Of a stretch of 64,000 nucleotides of DNA, positions 12,414 to 24,035 are shown piece after piece. Position 1 is the first letter of the stretch; each line of letters begins with the position of its first letter. Made by a program: the position numbers and the translations under genes. A model generated the notes under the pieces. That model was not told where the DNA came from. It worked only from the letters and a program-made list of their open reading frames with translations, and searched no databases. Where the stretch lies: assembly GCA_951406725.2 (NCBI GenBank), contig OX597818.1, positions 127,348,001 to 127,412,000 on the forward strand, given 5' to 3'. Source of the DNA: Octopus vulgaris (taxonomy: Eukaryota).

Positions 12414-13009
12414 TACCAAATCTATTCCAAGGCTTTATTCAGCCCGAAGCTGCAGTAGAATACACTTGCCCAAGGTGCCACGCTCCCTATGGAGAAAAGA
12501 CCACCGATGACTTTTCTTCACTCTTCTCGACTCTGGGCTGATGTTTCCCCGAGGAAAAGCCTTCCTCTCCCAGGTCTTGATTTTGAATTGTCATCGATGC
12601 TTCTGCAACTTTGCTTTCTTCAGAGAGGCATGTAGGCTCTATACAAACTCAATTTTACGTCTAGAAAGCGGTGGTTCAAATTAGCCAGGCCCCTATCTTT
12701 TGACCTGTCCAACATGGGCGGCTCTATCAGGAGTTTGCACTCCGCTGGTATAACTCTCAGTGTCACTGAAGTATACTAGCCACAACACCGCAAAGACTGA
12801 ACCATTTGGTGGAATGTTACATAGATACAAAACATAATTTTACTATCGATTCCAAATTCTTTGTACATAATTTTTATTTAGGTACGTGAGATACAGAAAA
12901 AAAAAGAAAAGAAACCGAAGAGATATCGAAAGGCAGTATTTTTATTTTCGATATTGTAACGATTCTTCCTATTTACGAAGCAGATGCCTATATGAAATAC
13001 TGGATTAAA

Positions 13010-13665
13010 ATTTTGGCACCAGGCCAGAAATTTGTACTCAACTGGTACTTATTCCCTAAAGGATAAAAGGCGAAGTCGATCACGACGAAATTTGAACTTA
13101 GAGCGAAAAGCCGGTCGAAATGCCACCAAGCATTTTGTACGGCGTACTAAGGGTTCCACTAGCTCGTGCTAAGGATTCTGCCAGCTCGCTGCCTTTTACT
13201 TATGTAAAATACTGAAATGAGTATTAGTTTTCAAAATAAAGAACATTTATTAAATTAAAGTAAATTAAGATCAAAAAATTTTCTTATGTATATTCGCAAT
13301 AAATATATATTATGATAAATATATATTATCAATAACAATAATACTGTTTAGCTATGAATTAATTATAGATATACCTCACTGATTAATAATATATATATAT
13401 TTTTTTTCTTTTAGCGTGACCAAGTAAGCAACTGTGAATATTATTTGTAATGATAAGAGTTAGCAGAATAAATAGCACGCCAGATAACAATACTCAACGA
13501 CATCTCATCTGTCTTTACGTTCTGAGTTCAAACTCCACCGAGGTCGACTTTGTCTTTCATTCTTACGGAGTAAATAAAATAAATACCAGTTTCGCATTGG
13601 GATCTATATAATCGACTATGCTCATTCTCCCAAAATGTCAGGTCTTGTGTATGTAGTCGAAAGGA
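13010..13665. mobile_element. Two diverged SINE family A copies (13010-13195 minus, 13455-13665 plus)
   Basis: tacgttctgagttcaaa...gtcgactttg.ctttcat motifs. Confidence 0.6.
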
Positions 13666-14112
13666 GTTGAAGACATACTTTCCCCTTTAACCAAGCCCTC
13701 ATCAATTTTTTTCAAGTTTCACTTGAAAAGGAAAGTTAGGGTGGAGAGGAAAGAGCTGCCTTCCAACAATTTTGTTAAAACGTAGGTGAATGTTGCATAA
13801 ATGGTCCGAGTGAACGGGCCTGCTCAAAGCATGCACTTGTAGATTGAAGCAGGACGATGTGAGGGAGCACTTGCCCCAATGGTCAGGGCGACTATCGTTT
13901 TGTGTGGTCTCCACGAATAGCCATAAGTAGTTTCACTCTTTTGAGGAATTATCCATTGTTATCATTTCATTTTGTTAGTGCTTTTACCGTTTAAACCCAT
14001 TTTATCTAATCCCACATTATATTGTCCTGTACCGTCCCTAATGCTTTTTGTAAACCCTTAGTGGTTAATAAAGAAAACATTATCATCATCATCATCATCA
14101 TCATCATCATCT

Positions 14113-14258
<146 letters not shown>

Positions 14259-14507
14259 TAGCGAGATCGAGGTTTCAGTTCCAAGACCGGGTTCTGCATT
14301 GTGTTCTTGAGCAAAACCCTTCATCTCAGGTTGCTCTGCGATCATTTCGACACCTGACACTAGCACCTGTTCAGGCAACGTCGATTTGATGTCGGGAGTG
14401 AGCTAATGTACGGCGCATACATTTGATCACTATATACAAATCATTTGTGCAGGTCGTTCGGCAAAAGTTCAACGGTCATACGTTGTCTTCGACGGGAGGG
14501 TCCATCA

Positions 14508-14565
<58 letters not shown>

Positions 14566-14566
14566 G

Positions 14567-14601
<35 letters not shown>

Positions 14602-14635
14602 CATCATCATCATCATTATCATTATTTTTTTTTTC

Positions 14636-15110
14636 TTCCTTCAAATTTGCTTCCATTTCTTGCCGAGTGTCTTCCCGACTCCTTGGGCAAAGAAACTCAT
14701 AGTATACATTGGTAGGCCATTAAACTAAACTCAATAGTTCGTTCATTTTTTTTTCTTAAGCTAAATTAAAATACATGGGTAGTAATAGTTCTCACATCGA
14801 CAATGCCCTTCTCAATACGTGTGATGTACCAGTTAAGACAATATTTTGCACTTCTTGCAGGGATGGTAAGCCAGGGATCATTCTCATATAATTTTCGGTT
14901 CCCTTCTTGATCATTCCTAGTGCTCCTACGATCACTGGTATTGTAACCGCCTTGAGATGCCACATTTTCTCAATTTCAATGAGCAGGTCTTTATATTTTC
15001 TGAGCTTGTCAAACTCTTTCGCCGAGATATTATGATCACAGGAGATGTCGATCAATAAGCAAACTTTATTGTTTTGGTCTTTCTTATTATGATCACAGGG
15101 GATGCTCATG
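14636..15110 (-). mobile_element. 5'-truncated R4/Dong-type LINE 3' end (REL endonuclease C-terminus plus 3' UTR)
   Basis: ORF 14792..15109 LLIDISCD...KLRKYKDLLIEIEKMW...PVIVGALG...GTSHVLRRALSM. Flanked by ATT tracts. Confidence 0.85.
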
Positions 15111-15137
15111 CTTATTATTATTATTATTACTATTGAT

Positions 15138-15351
15138 AAGGTGACGGGCTAGCAGAATTTTCACACGCCGCGCAGAAGGTTAACCACATTTCGTCCGTTT
15201 TTACGTTCTGAGTTCAAATTCCGCCGAGGTCGAGTTTGCCTTTTATCCTTTCGGGACCGATAAAATAAGTGCCAGTCGGGCACTGGGGTTGATGTAATCG
15301 ACTTATCCCCCTGCCCCAAACTTGCTGGTCTTGCGCCAAAATTTGAAACCA
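15138..15351 (+). mobile_element. SINE family A (alternative tail ending in ATT tract)
   Basis: aaggtgacgggctagcaga head, Nin/Deu-like domain, ...aaatttgaaacc(att)n. Confidence 0.8.
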
Positions 15352-15381
15352 TTATTATTATTATTATTTATTATTATTATT

Positions 15382-15714
15382 CTATGTTTGACTTTTGCTC
15401 TGTCTGTACAAGTTGGCTCCAAGTCTCACCCAGAGACCTCAAGAGATAACAGGTTGGAAGTTCACGTTGTTGTTATGCCTAGTGTGCCATATATTTGGTT
15501 GTTTTTTTTTTTTTGTGTTGTACTAGTGAATGTCTAATAAATAAATTTTAAAAAAAAAGAAAAAAAAGTTTGTTTTAAACCTTGGGATTACATAGAGAGT
15601 ATTTTGCGTAGGATATGAGCAGTTCCCATGAGCACTATCTTTTTTCATTTCTGCTATTTTGGGGTTTCCTGGTATCTGAGTTAGGTAGCAATCAGCCCCC
15701 TTCGCTATCATTCC
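15382..15714 (-). mobile_element. 5'-truncated copy of the Dong-type family at 24035-27339
   Basis: Near-identical to 24035-24385 (GMIAKGADCYLTQIPGNPK and 3' UTR ...caaaagtcaaacatag). (TAA)n on both sides. Confidence 0.9.
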
Positions 15715-15750
15715 TATTATTATTATAATTATTATTATTATTATTATTAC

Positions 15751-15804
<54 letters not shown>

Positions 15805-15823
15805 CATTATTATTATTATTATT

Positions 15824-16032
15824 CAGTAGTTTTATTTTTATAGCGTGCTTTCACTTCACTACCGAGCGCAGCTCTGTGTGCCTTGGGTATGTGCTGTGAT
15901 TTGTTGTGATGCTCTGATGGTTATTGTATGGAAAGTGTTCTGCGTAGGATGTGTGCAGTGCCTAGTAGTGCAATTTTCTGTATGTTATATGTGTTTGTAA
16001 GTCCTGGTGTTTTTGTTATGTATTTGTCTGAA
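15824..16032 (-). mobile_element. 3' end of another R4/Dong-type family
   Basis: Minus strand reads YITKTPGLTNTYNIQKIALLGTAHILRRT. (TAA)n both sides. Related to 27492-27770. Confidence 0.8.
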
Positions 16033-16102
<70 letters not shown>

Positions 16103-16429
16103 GATAAAACAGAAATTAGTAGTAACGAGGAAACGTTATCGTGTTATGAAATAAACAGGGCATTAACGTGCCATAAAAAAATATGTAAGAATGCCACTAA
16201 GGGTCACAAGAGTAGATTTTACCCGAAATGTGAAATAAGTGTGACAGGGTGATCGGAGCTACATCTTTAACCATAGGTTTCCTCAATCAGTGCGAACCTA
16301 TGGTTGAGCAACAAGTGAATATAAAATAAACGAATAAAATTTTTAAAAAAATAAAAAAGAAAGAAAAAGAAAACAAAATAAGAGACGTAAGCAAAAATCT
16401 ATGAAAGTATAAAAAAAGCCCTTCCTTAC

Positions 16430-16544
16430 CATAATCAAGACCTTTTTGCGTTATACGCGTGACTACGCCTGGGTCTCCAGCTGAGCTGGTTTTCATTAGA
16501 AACAGCCCGAGAATTACGGAAGAAAGAAAGACGTCGGTTAGCAT
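16430..16544 (-). CDS. LBP/BPI-family protein, coding exon 1 (signal peptide)
   Basis: MLTDVFLSSVILGLFLMKTSSAGDPGVVTRITQKGLDY followed by a G|gtaagg phase-1 donor. PGVV.RI.QKGLDY is the characteristic BPI/LBP N-terminal motif. Confidence 0.9.
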
Positions 16545-16613
16545 TTTGTAATCAGCTTCAGTGAAGTCAAGCTGTGTGTGAAGTCTGTTTATTAAAATAA
16601 AATGATCCCGTCT

Positions 16614-16620
16614 TTTTATA
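16614..16620 (-). promoter_or_regulatory. Candidate TATA box of the LBP/BPI gene
   Basis: TATAAAA on the minus strand, 70 bp upstream of the ATG. Confidence 0.55.
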
Positions 16621-16762
16621 TGCCGATATCCTTTTTGTTGGTAACTACTACTACTACTACTACTACTACTAGTAGTAGTAGTAGTAGTAGTAGTAGTAAT
16701 AGGGTGGTATTGTATTGTTACTGTTGCTCCTGTAATGTATATCTTGAGTGTATCTGTATATA

Positions 16763-16854
<92 letters not shown>

Positions 16855-17048
16855 GTATGATGTATCTATGTGTGTGTGTGTGTATGACATGTTTATATGT
16901 GTGTAATTATATTCACTCACATACACATTGCAATAATATATGTGTATGTATACTATTATATATATCATTCATACACTTAATTATGTATTATACAATTGTA
17001 TACACATGTATACAAACACACATATATACATGTACATATATACATTAA

Positions 17049-17090
<42 letters not shown>

Positions 17091-17253
17091 GTTTGAAATC
17101 ATGAAAGAGTGAACACGAAAAAGAATAACACATACAAACAATAACAAAAAATGAAAGAAATAAGCTAATATATACTTATAATTCAGGGTTAATTATAAGA
17201 CATGTACACTGACACATACGCACAGAAATACACCTACAAACATACACACATAA

Positions 17254-17296
<43 letters not shown>

Positions 17297-17450
17297 CGTA
17301 TTCACACAACTACATATATAATGTACACACCTTACAATCATGTGTGTGTGTGTGTTGTGTTTACTGTTTCTAATTATTTTTCATTGCCAACAAGGAAACG
17401 AAAAGGAAAAGACAAAAGTGACATGGAAAAAGCAACTCTGCAAAACACAG

Positions 17451-17506
<56 letters not shown>

Positions 17507-17657
17507 AGATACACACACACAGATACACACACACACACACACAGATACACACACACGCACACACACATGCACACACAGGCACGTACATACACACAGATGT
17601 TAGTTGATGCTCATACACATGTACACAAGACATGTTTGCATCTATACATACATACAT

Positions 17658-17752
<95 letters not shown>

Positions 17753-18762
17753 TAACCGTGTGTGTATCTGTGTCTATGTGTACGTGTGTCTGTGAGTGCT
17801 TGTATACATACATGCATACATGCATACATACATACATACATACATACATACATACATACATACATACATACATACATACATACATACATACATACATAAA
17901 CATCCTCATGCACAAAAGGCAAACCAGAAACTGAATAGAAAACATGAACGAGGATAAAAGAAAAGAGACCCAGACAAAGCAGAGGTGAGGGAGAAGAAGA
18001 GGAGATAAGTGTGAAAGAAAAAGTAAAACACAATGAAGGGAAGAGAAGAGGGAGAGAGAGAGACGAACAGAGAAAGTCAGAGAAAACTTACTGTGGAAAT
18101 AATACGTGAAACAAAACTAAGAGAGGAACAAACAGAGACAGCAATAGAGAGATGGAGAGAGAAGTGTGAAGAAAGAATAAGTGAAACACACGAAGAGAGA
18201 GAGAGCGAGAGAGATAGAGGTGAGGTATAGGGCAAATATAAAAGCCAATCCAAGCCAAGAAATAAGAACTTGAGAACTCGGGAGAGAGATTAACCTACCT
18301 TTAGTTAATTACAGAACCTACGGTAGCACAAGGTTAATGAATAGGAAAGAGAGATAAAAAAGACCGCGACTCTACTTCGTCGTAGGGTTTCGGTATTGAC
18401 GTTGGGAAGAGTGGTACACAGGAACTTATGTGTGTATGTAGCATACATGCATGCATACATACATACATACATACATACATACATACATACATACATACAT
18501 ACATACACAAACATGCATATATATATATAAAGACTGAGGGGTTTAGTTCACTAGTGATCTAAACAAATAGGTATGCTGAATAAGTGCTAAAGTTGGTCGT
18601 CCGTAAGGTTCCAGATTCCCAGCAGGGGTCGGATCTAGGGACTGTATTAGGGTTCCGTTATAGCGGGTATATATTATATTAGAGGAAAAAGCAAAACCAA
18701 GGCAGAACTTGAGATACTTGTTCTGCTTGGTTTTGTTTTTTCCTAGAATATATATTTATGTA

Positions 18763-19156
18763 CTAGCAGTATCGCCCGGCGTTGCTCGGGTTTGTAAGGG
18801 AAATAACTATAAAGCATTTTTAGAGAGTTATAGCCAAAAAGTAGCAAAAAAATGCATTAAAAATGGAAAAAATATGATGGTAAATTTTTTTTTAAATCGT
18901 TGACTCATCGTAGACATTTTTAGAGAGTTACTTCCCTTATATTTAAAAAAATATGCATTAAAATGGAAAAAATGATGGTAAATTATTTTTAAAATCGTAG
19001 ACTAATCGTAGACGCGCGCTAATACCAAGAAGGGCTCGATATGAATCACGACTATAAGATACCCGGTTTTGGTTAAACTGCACCGCAAAATGTGGGAGTA
19101 GTTAGGAATCTAAATCGGAGTAGACAGACACACAACCTTACTTTTATATATAAAGA
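18763..19156 (-). mobile_element. Non-autonomous Helitron (same family as 1533-1929)
   Basis: TC...CTAG termini, A|T insertion site, CCCG...CGGG hairpin. Confidence 0.85.
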
Positions 19157-19239
19157 TATCACGTGATTACGTGACCGACCAGACCATCAGATGATGCTAC
19201 ACACATATATTAATCATATCATATATATATATACTCTTT

Positions 19240-19601
19240 TACTCTTTTACTTGATTCAGTCATTTGACTGCGGCCATGCTGGAGCACCACGTTTAATCGA
19301 GCAACTCGACCCCGGGACTTATTCTTTTGTAAGCCCAGTACTTATTCTATCGGTCTCTTTTGCCGAACCGCTACGTAACGGGGACATAAACACACCAGCA
19401 TCGGTTGTCAAGCAATGCTAGGGGGACAAACACAGACACACAAACACACACATGCATATATATATACATATATACGACTGGCTTCTTTTCAGTTTCCGTC
19501 GGCCCAAGGCTATAGTAGAAGACACTTGCCGAAGGTGCCACGCAGTGGGATTGAACCCGGAACCATGTGGTTGGTAAACAAGCTACTTACCACACAGCCA
19601 C

Positions 19602-19603
<2 letters not shown>
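19240..19603 (-). mobile_element. SINE family C
   Basis: Matches 61570-61966 with a small internal deletion. Confidence 0.85.
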
Positions 19604-19647
<44 letters not shown>

Positions 19648-19746
19648 GATATGATTAAGTATTGTAAGTTTTTGGATAATTTTCGGTTTTTAAAAGTTGG
19701 TACGTAGTTTGATCGCCTCGTGTTTATATATTTAACCCAAGGTGTA

Positions 19747-19824
19747 CCTGCTGAGGACGATTTCACCTAGCGAGTATATGTTATTTTACTTGCTAAACTA
19801 AAATCAGAAACCTATTGGTCCAGG
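19747..19824 (+). ncRNA. Type I hammerhead ribozyme motif
   Basis: CCTG-CTGAGGA-cGATTT[TAGCGAGTA/TACTTGCTA hairpin]AAATCa-GAAA-CCtattGG-TC-CAGG. GUC cleavage triplet; first stem II pair is a C:A mismatch. Confidence 0.75.
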
Positions 19825-20146
19825 AAATTAGATGGTAAAATGTTTTTATTTTTTCATTTCGTTCCTGCCGAATTTTATCCCTAATTTTGTGGTTATGGAA
19901 CCTAGCTGTTCTTTCTAGCTTGTTGAATCCCACGAGTGGATTCCTCGTGTGTTTAAATGTACATTGCATTTTATGACTAATATATAGTCTTTGGACTAAA
20001 TTTTTACACGTTAGGCCACTGGAAATGAAAATTTTAATTAATTTCCATTTCCCTTTGATATGATTAAGTATACACATATATATATATATATATATATAAC
20101 AATGATAAATCTCAGAGCGAGTTATAAACAGTAGCGGTAACACATC

Positions 20147-20293
20147 GTGATGCATATATGCCATTTGAATATGGCTAACCCATAAGGGTGGATGCTACTG
20201 TAGTTTGTAGCCCCAGGAAGATATCTTCCTGGGGCTACAAACTACAGTAGCATCCACCCTTATGGGTTAGCCATATTCAAATGGCATATATGC

Positions 20294-20298
<5 letters not shown>
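20147..20298. repeat. Perfect 152-bp palindrome, no spacer
   Basis: 76-bp arms, centre GGAAGAT|ATCTTCC between 20222 and 20223, zero mismatches. Confidence 0.97.
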
Positions 20299-20338
<40 letters not shown>

Positions 20339-20357
20339 CATATATATATATATATAT

Positions 20358-20431
<74 letters not shown>

Positions 20432-20757
20432 TTTTCCATTATTACAATCAATAGCTGCTGCTGAATGTTAGTCAAAATATGTATTAACATTGAGAATTAA
20501 ATGAATATAATTTGCAGAGTTACTATATAACAAAACAGGAAAGTGGAAATTTTTGGTACCATTCATTCTCCATTGGTCTGTTACGTACTACTACTAAAAA
20601 ATGAGAACTCAATACTTCTATAAAGTAAAGATACTCATTGAGGGGATTAGAAAGATCATTAACTCACAGTGATCCAACGACCGTGAATCTTCAAACTATG
20701 TATGTATGTGTATGTAAATATGTGTGTGTACATATATAAATATAGATAGCTATACAT

Positions 20758-20790
<33 letters not shown>

Positions 20791-20805
20791 CACACATGCA
20801 CACAT

Positions 20806-20897
<92 letters not shown>

Positions 20898-20924
20898 AAA
20901 CGCAGGTGTTATTCAAATTCTTTT

Positions 20925-21013
20925 ACTTCCGACACATATTTCGAAGATATCACTGGAATTATTCCAAAGGAATAAAATGGCGCAAAACAAAGTAATCTTC
21001 TCTTCAGGGAAGT
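20925..21013 (-). ncRNA. Type I hammerhead ribozyme motif in the 3' region of a Penelope-like relic
   Basis: ACTTCC-CTGAAGA-GAAGAT..ATCTTC-GAAA-TATGTG-TC-GGAAGT. Confidence 0.75.
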
Positions 21014-21309
21014 GAAGAAACGAAACTCATCAATAAGATATTTTAACAGAGAATGATGGATATGTATAGTGATTAACTGAACGCTCTTAAGATTGTTTCA
21101 AAAACACGTGATAGGATATAACGTCAAAGGTAGCCTATAGAAAGAGGAGGGATAAAAGAAAGAAAAACTAAATAAATGAGAAGCATTTGACTATATGTAT
21201 ATTAAATAAAACCATATAGACTTGGAAAAAGATATATCTAGTGAATGTGAAGTGTAAGAAGAAAATTAATGTTTAAATTATATATAATGATACTTATATG
21301 AATTAAAGG

Positions 21310-21610
21310 TGTGTTTCTGCCAATATTTACATCGGTATGCATGCTCTATAACCGTGTTTACAAGGGGAAACACGGTTAGAAAAATTAATAAAAAATAGTT
21401 CAGAATTACAGAGAAGACAGAATTCCTTGCCTTTGCAATGAGATATCAAAATTGAGAGAATCAACCATTCTAATTAAATTGTTTATTGTACTTTATTAGA
21501 TTCCAAATTAATTTACTAAGCCCTGTACTGTTACGTTTATTCCTATCCCAAAATGTAGAGTAATGATTAGAAATTATTTTAAATAACTGAGATGTGCTTC
21601 TTATATAATA
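21310..21610 (-). mobile_element. Penelope-like GIY-YIG endonuclease relic
   Basis: YYIRSTSQLFK..SNHYSTF...KRNSTGLSKLIWNL...CLLCNSE, the typical PLE endonuclease pattern. Hammerhead downstream. Confidence 0.65.
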
Positions 21611-21613
21611 TAC

Positions 21614-21679
<66 letters not shown>

Positions 21680-21681
<2 letters not shown>

Positions 21682-21863
21682 GCAATCCTGGCTGTGTGAT
21701 AAGAAGTTTACTACCCTGCCACATGATTCAGACTTTAGTTATACTGCTACACTGCGTGACATACTGTGCAAGTGTCTTTTGTTATAGTGTCGGGCCGACC
21801 AAAGTCTTGTGGCTGGATTTGGTAGGCAAAAACTGAAAAAGCCTGTCGTTTACGTGTACGTGT

Positions 21864-21910
<47 letters not shown>

Positions 21911-22110
21911 ACTTTGTTCTGTGTTTGTTCACTACCATCGCTTGACAGCCGATGTTGTTGCGTTTACATCCTCGTAACTTAACGGTACAGCAACAGATTC
22001 TGACAGAATAAGTACCAAACTTTTTTAAAAAATAAGTACTGGGGTCGATACATTTGACCAAAATTCTGCAAGATGGCACCCCAGCATGGCTGCAGTCTAA
22101 TGACTGAAGT
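21680..22110 (+). mobile_element. SINE family C (diverged)
   Basis: tggctgtgtgataagaag head through cagcatggctgcagtc..atgactgaa tail. Confidence 0.7.
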
Positions 22111-23348
22111 ATGTAAAAGATAAAATATATATCATATGTTGTTTTTTTATCAATTAATTTAAATGGATTTTTGTTATTGTAAGTTCTGAGCAAATATTTG
22201 CTCAAAAATTACCATAACTATTGCAAGTACATAGTAATCTCTAATCAGTGTTCAGCCTGTTCTCATCTTGAAGAACTTTAGTAAGTCTTCTCTTTTACAC
22301 AATATTACATTTGAGGTAAGTTCTGATATTTCCACGTCTCTAGATGGGTGAAAATCAAGGGTGGCCATGGTGTTTTTAAATTACTATCATTAGCTTCACG
22401 TAATTGCCATACGTAGCTTGATAGTTTTTTGGGTTTTTTTTTCTTTTTGCTTTGTTTTTTTTTTTCTTTTTCTTAGTGATTCCTATTGCGACTGTGTGAT
22501 GAATTTCTATGTGAGTAATACCTTGCCTTGAAACTGTTTTCCATCATCGGATATAGGATTTCGACATCAATCCACCAGTCAACTGAATTTCCTTTACTTT
22601 CATCAGGAAATGACGCGCCTTCCCTGGAATAGTTACGTTTTTCAAACAAAGAAATCAAAATATAGATCTGAAAACGAAAAACGCATGTGGTAGTGATGAT
22701 AATAAGGAAGAGTATGCCAATACTACTATGAAGTGTGGTATCACATGCGCACAGCAAATTGTGTGTGCACGTGTATGTGTATGAGAGTGGTTGTATTGAT
22801 ATGGTGATGCAATTGCCGCTCTTGTCATTTCTGTTTTGGTGGTAGTTGTTATAATGGTGGCGGTTGTTTTGATGGTGCTCGTGGTAGTGGTGGTCAGGAT
22901 AATGGCGTTGTTGGTAATGGTAGTGGCTATCTTGTTTACGTGTTTGCAGCGGCCATCTTGTTTATGTGTTGCACTATTGTTGTCGTTTTTCGTTTCGGTG
23001 GATGTGGAGGTAGTGGCGCTAGTAGTGGTCGTGGTGGTGGTAGCTGTCGTTATGATGGTGGTTGTTCTGGTGGTGCTCGTGCTAGTTGCGCAGGTGTTGG
23101 TGATGCTATTGTCATTAATTTTTGGCTGTCACTCTTTTCATTATTGCTTAAGCCATTGTTGATGATGAAAAGCCGTTACTGTTCTTTGTTTTTGTTTTGT
23201 TTTTGTTTTTGTTTTTTGTTTTTTTTGCCAATGTCATGGCTGTATTTGTTTTGCTGCATTTGTTGTTCCTTCATCCTCTTAGTACACTTATTATTCTTAT
23301 TCTTATTTATCATCCTTCTCATCATCATGATCATCATGATCATCATCA

Positions 23349-23447
23349 TTACTACTACTACTACTACTACTAGAAAATGCTTATAATTATTGTTTTTCTT
23401 AATGTTAACCCTTCTTAGTCAATAAAGAAGCAATCGTCATCATCATT

Positions 23448-23509
<62 letters not shown>

Positions 23510-23596
23510 TACTACTACTACTACTACTACTACTAGAAAAAATGCTTATAATTATTGTTTTTCTTAATGTTAACACTTCGTAGTCAATAAAGAAGA
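23349..23596. repeat. Direct duplication of an ~80-bp unique segment between CAT/ACT microsatellites
   Basis: actagaaaatgcttataattattgtttttcttaatgttaac.cttc.tagtcaataaagaag occurs twice (about 23368-23430 and 23532-23595). Confidence 0.85.
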
Positions 23597-23619
23597 CATC
23601 ATCATCATCATCATCATCA

Positions 23620-23674
<55 letters not shown>

Positions 23675-23715
23675 TTTTTCTATTATTATTATTATCATTA
23701 ACGCATTTTTGGGGG

Positions 23716-23932
23716 GAGGCGGCGAGCTGGCAGAATCATTAGCACGCCAGGCAAAATGCTTAGCGGTATTTCGTCTTCTGTCTTTACGTTCTGAGTTCAA
23801 ATTCCACCGAGGTCGAATTTGCCTTTCATCTTTTCGGGGTCGATAAATTAATTACTAGTTAAACACTGGGGTCGATATAATCGACTAGTCCCCACCTCAC
23901 AAATTTGAGGCCTTGTGCCTCCGGCAGAAAGG

Positions 23933-23935
<3 letters not shown>
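23716..23935 (+). mobile_element. SINE family A
   Basis: aggcggcgagctggcagaatc head, gttcaaattcc B box, Nin/Deu-like domain, ends in (ATT)n. Confidence 0.85.
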
Positions 23936-23964
<29 letters not shown>

Positions 23965-23966
23965 CA

Positions 23967-24034
<68 letters not shown>

Positions 24035-24035
<1 letters not shown>

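Noticed and set aside
13415-13423. Plus-strand 9-nt microexon candidate (ttttcttttag|CGTGACCAA|gtaagc)
   Set aside because: No plus-strand host gene found, and such motifs arise by chance in AT-rich DNA. Needs RNA-seq.
18535-18585. Hammerhead-like CTGAGGG-GTTTAG..CTAAAC-AAAT
   Set aside because: Stem II is present but core residues are mutated and there is no stem I/III; at best a relic.
22836-23386. Hydrophobic, membrane-protein-like ORFs
   Set aside because: Degenerate (GGT/GTT)n low-complexity sequence with no splice or domain support.
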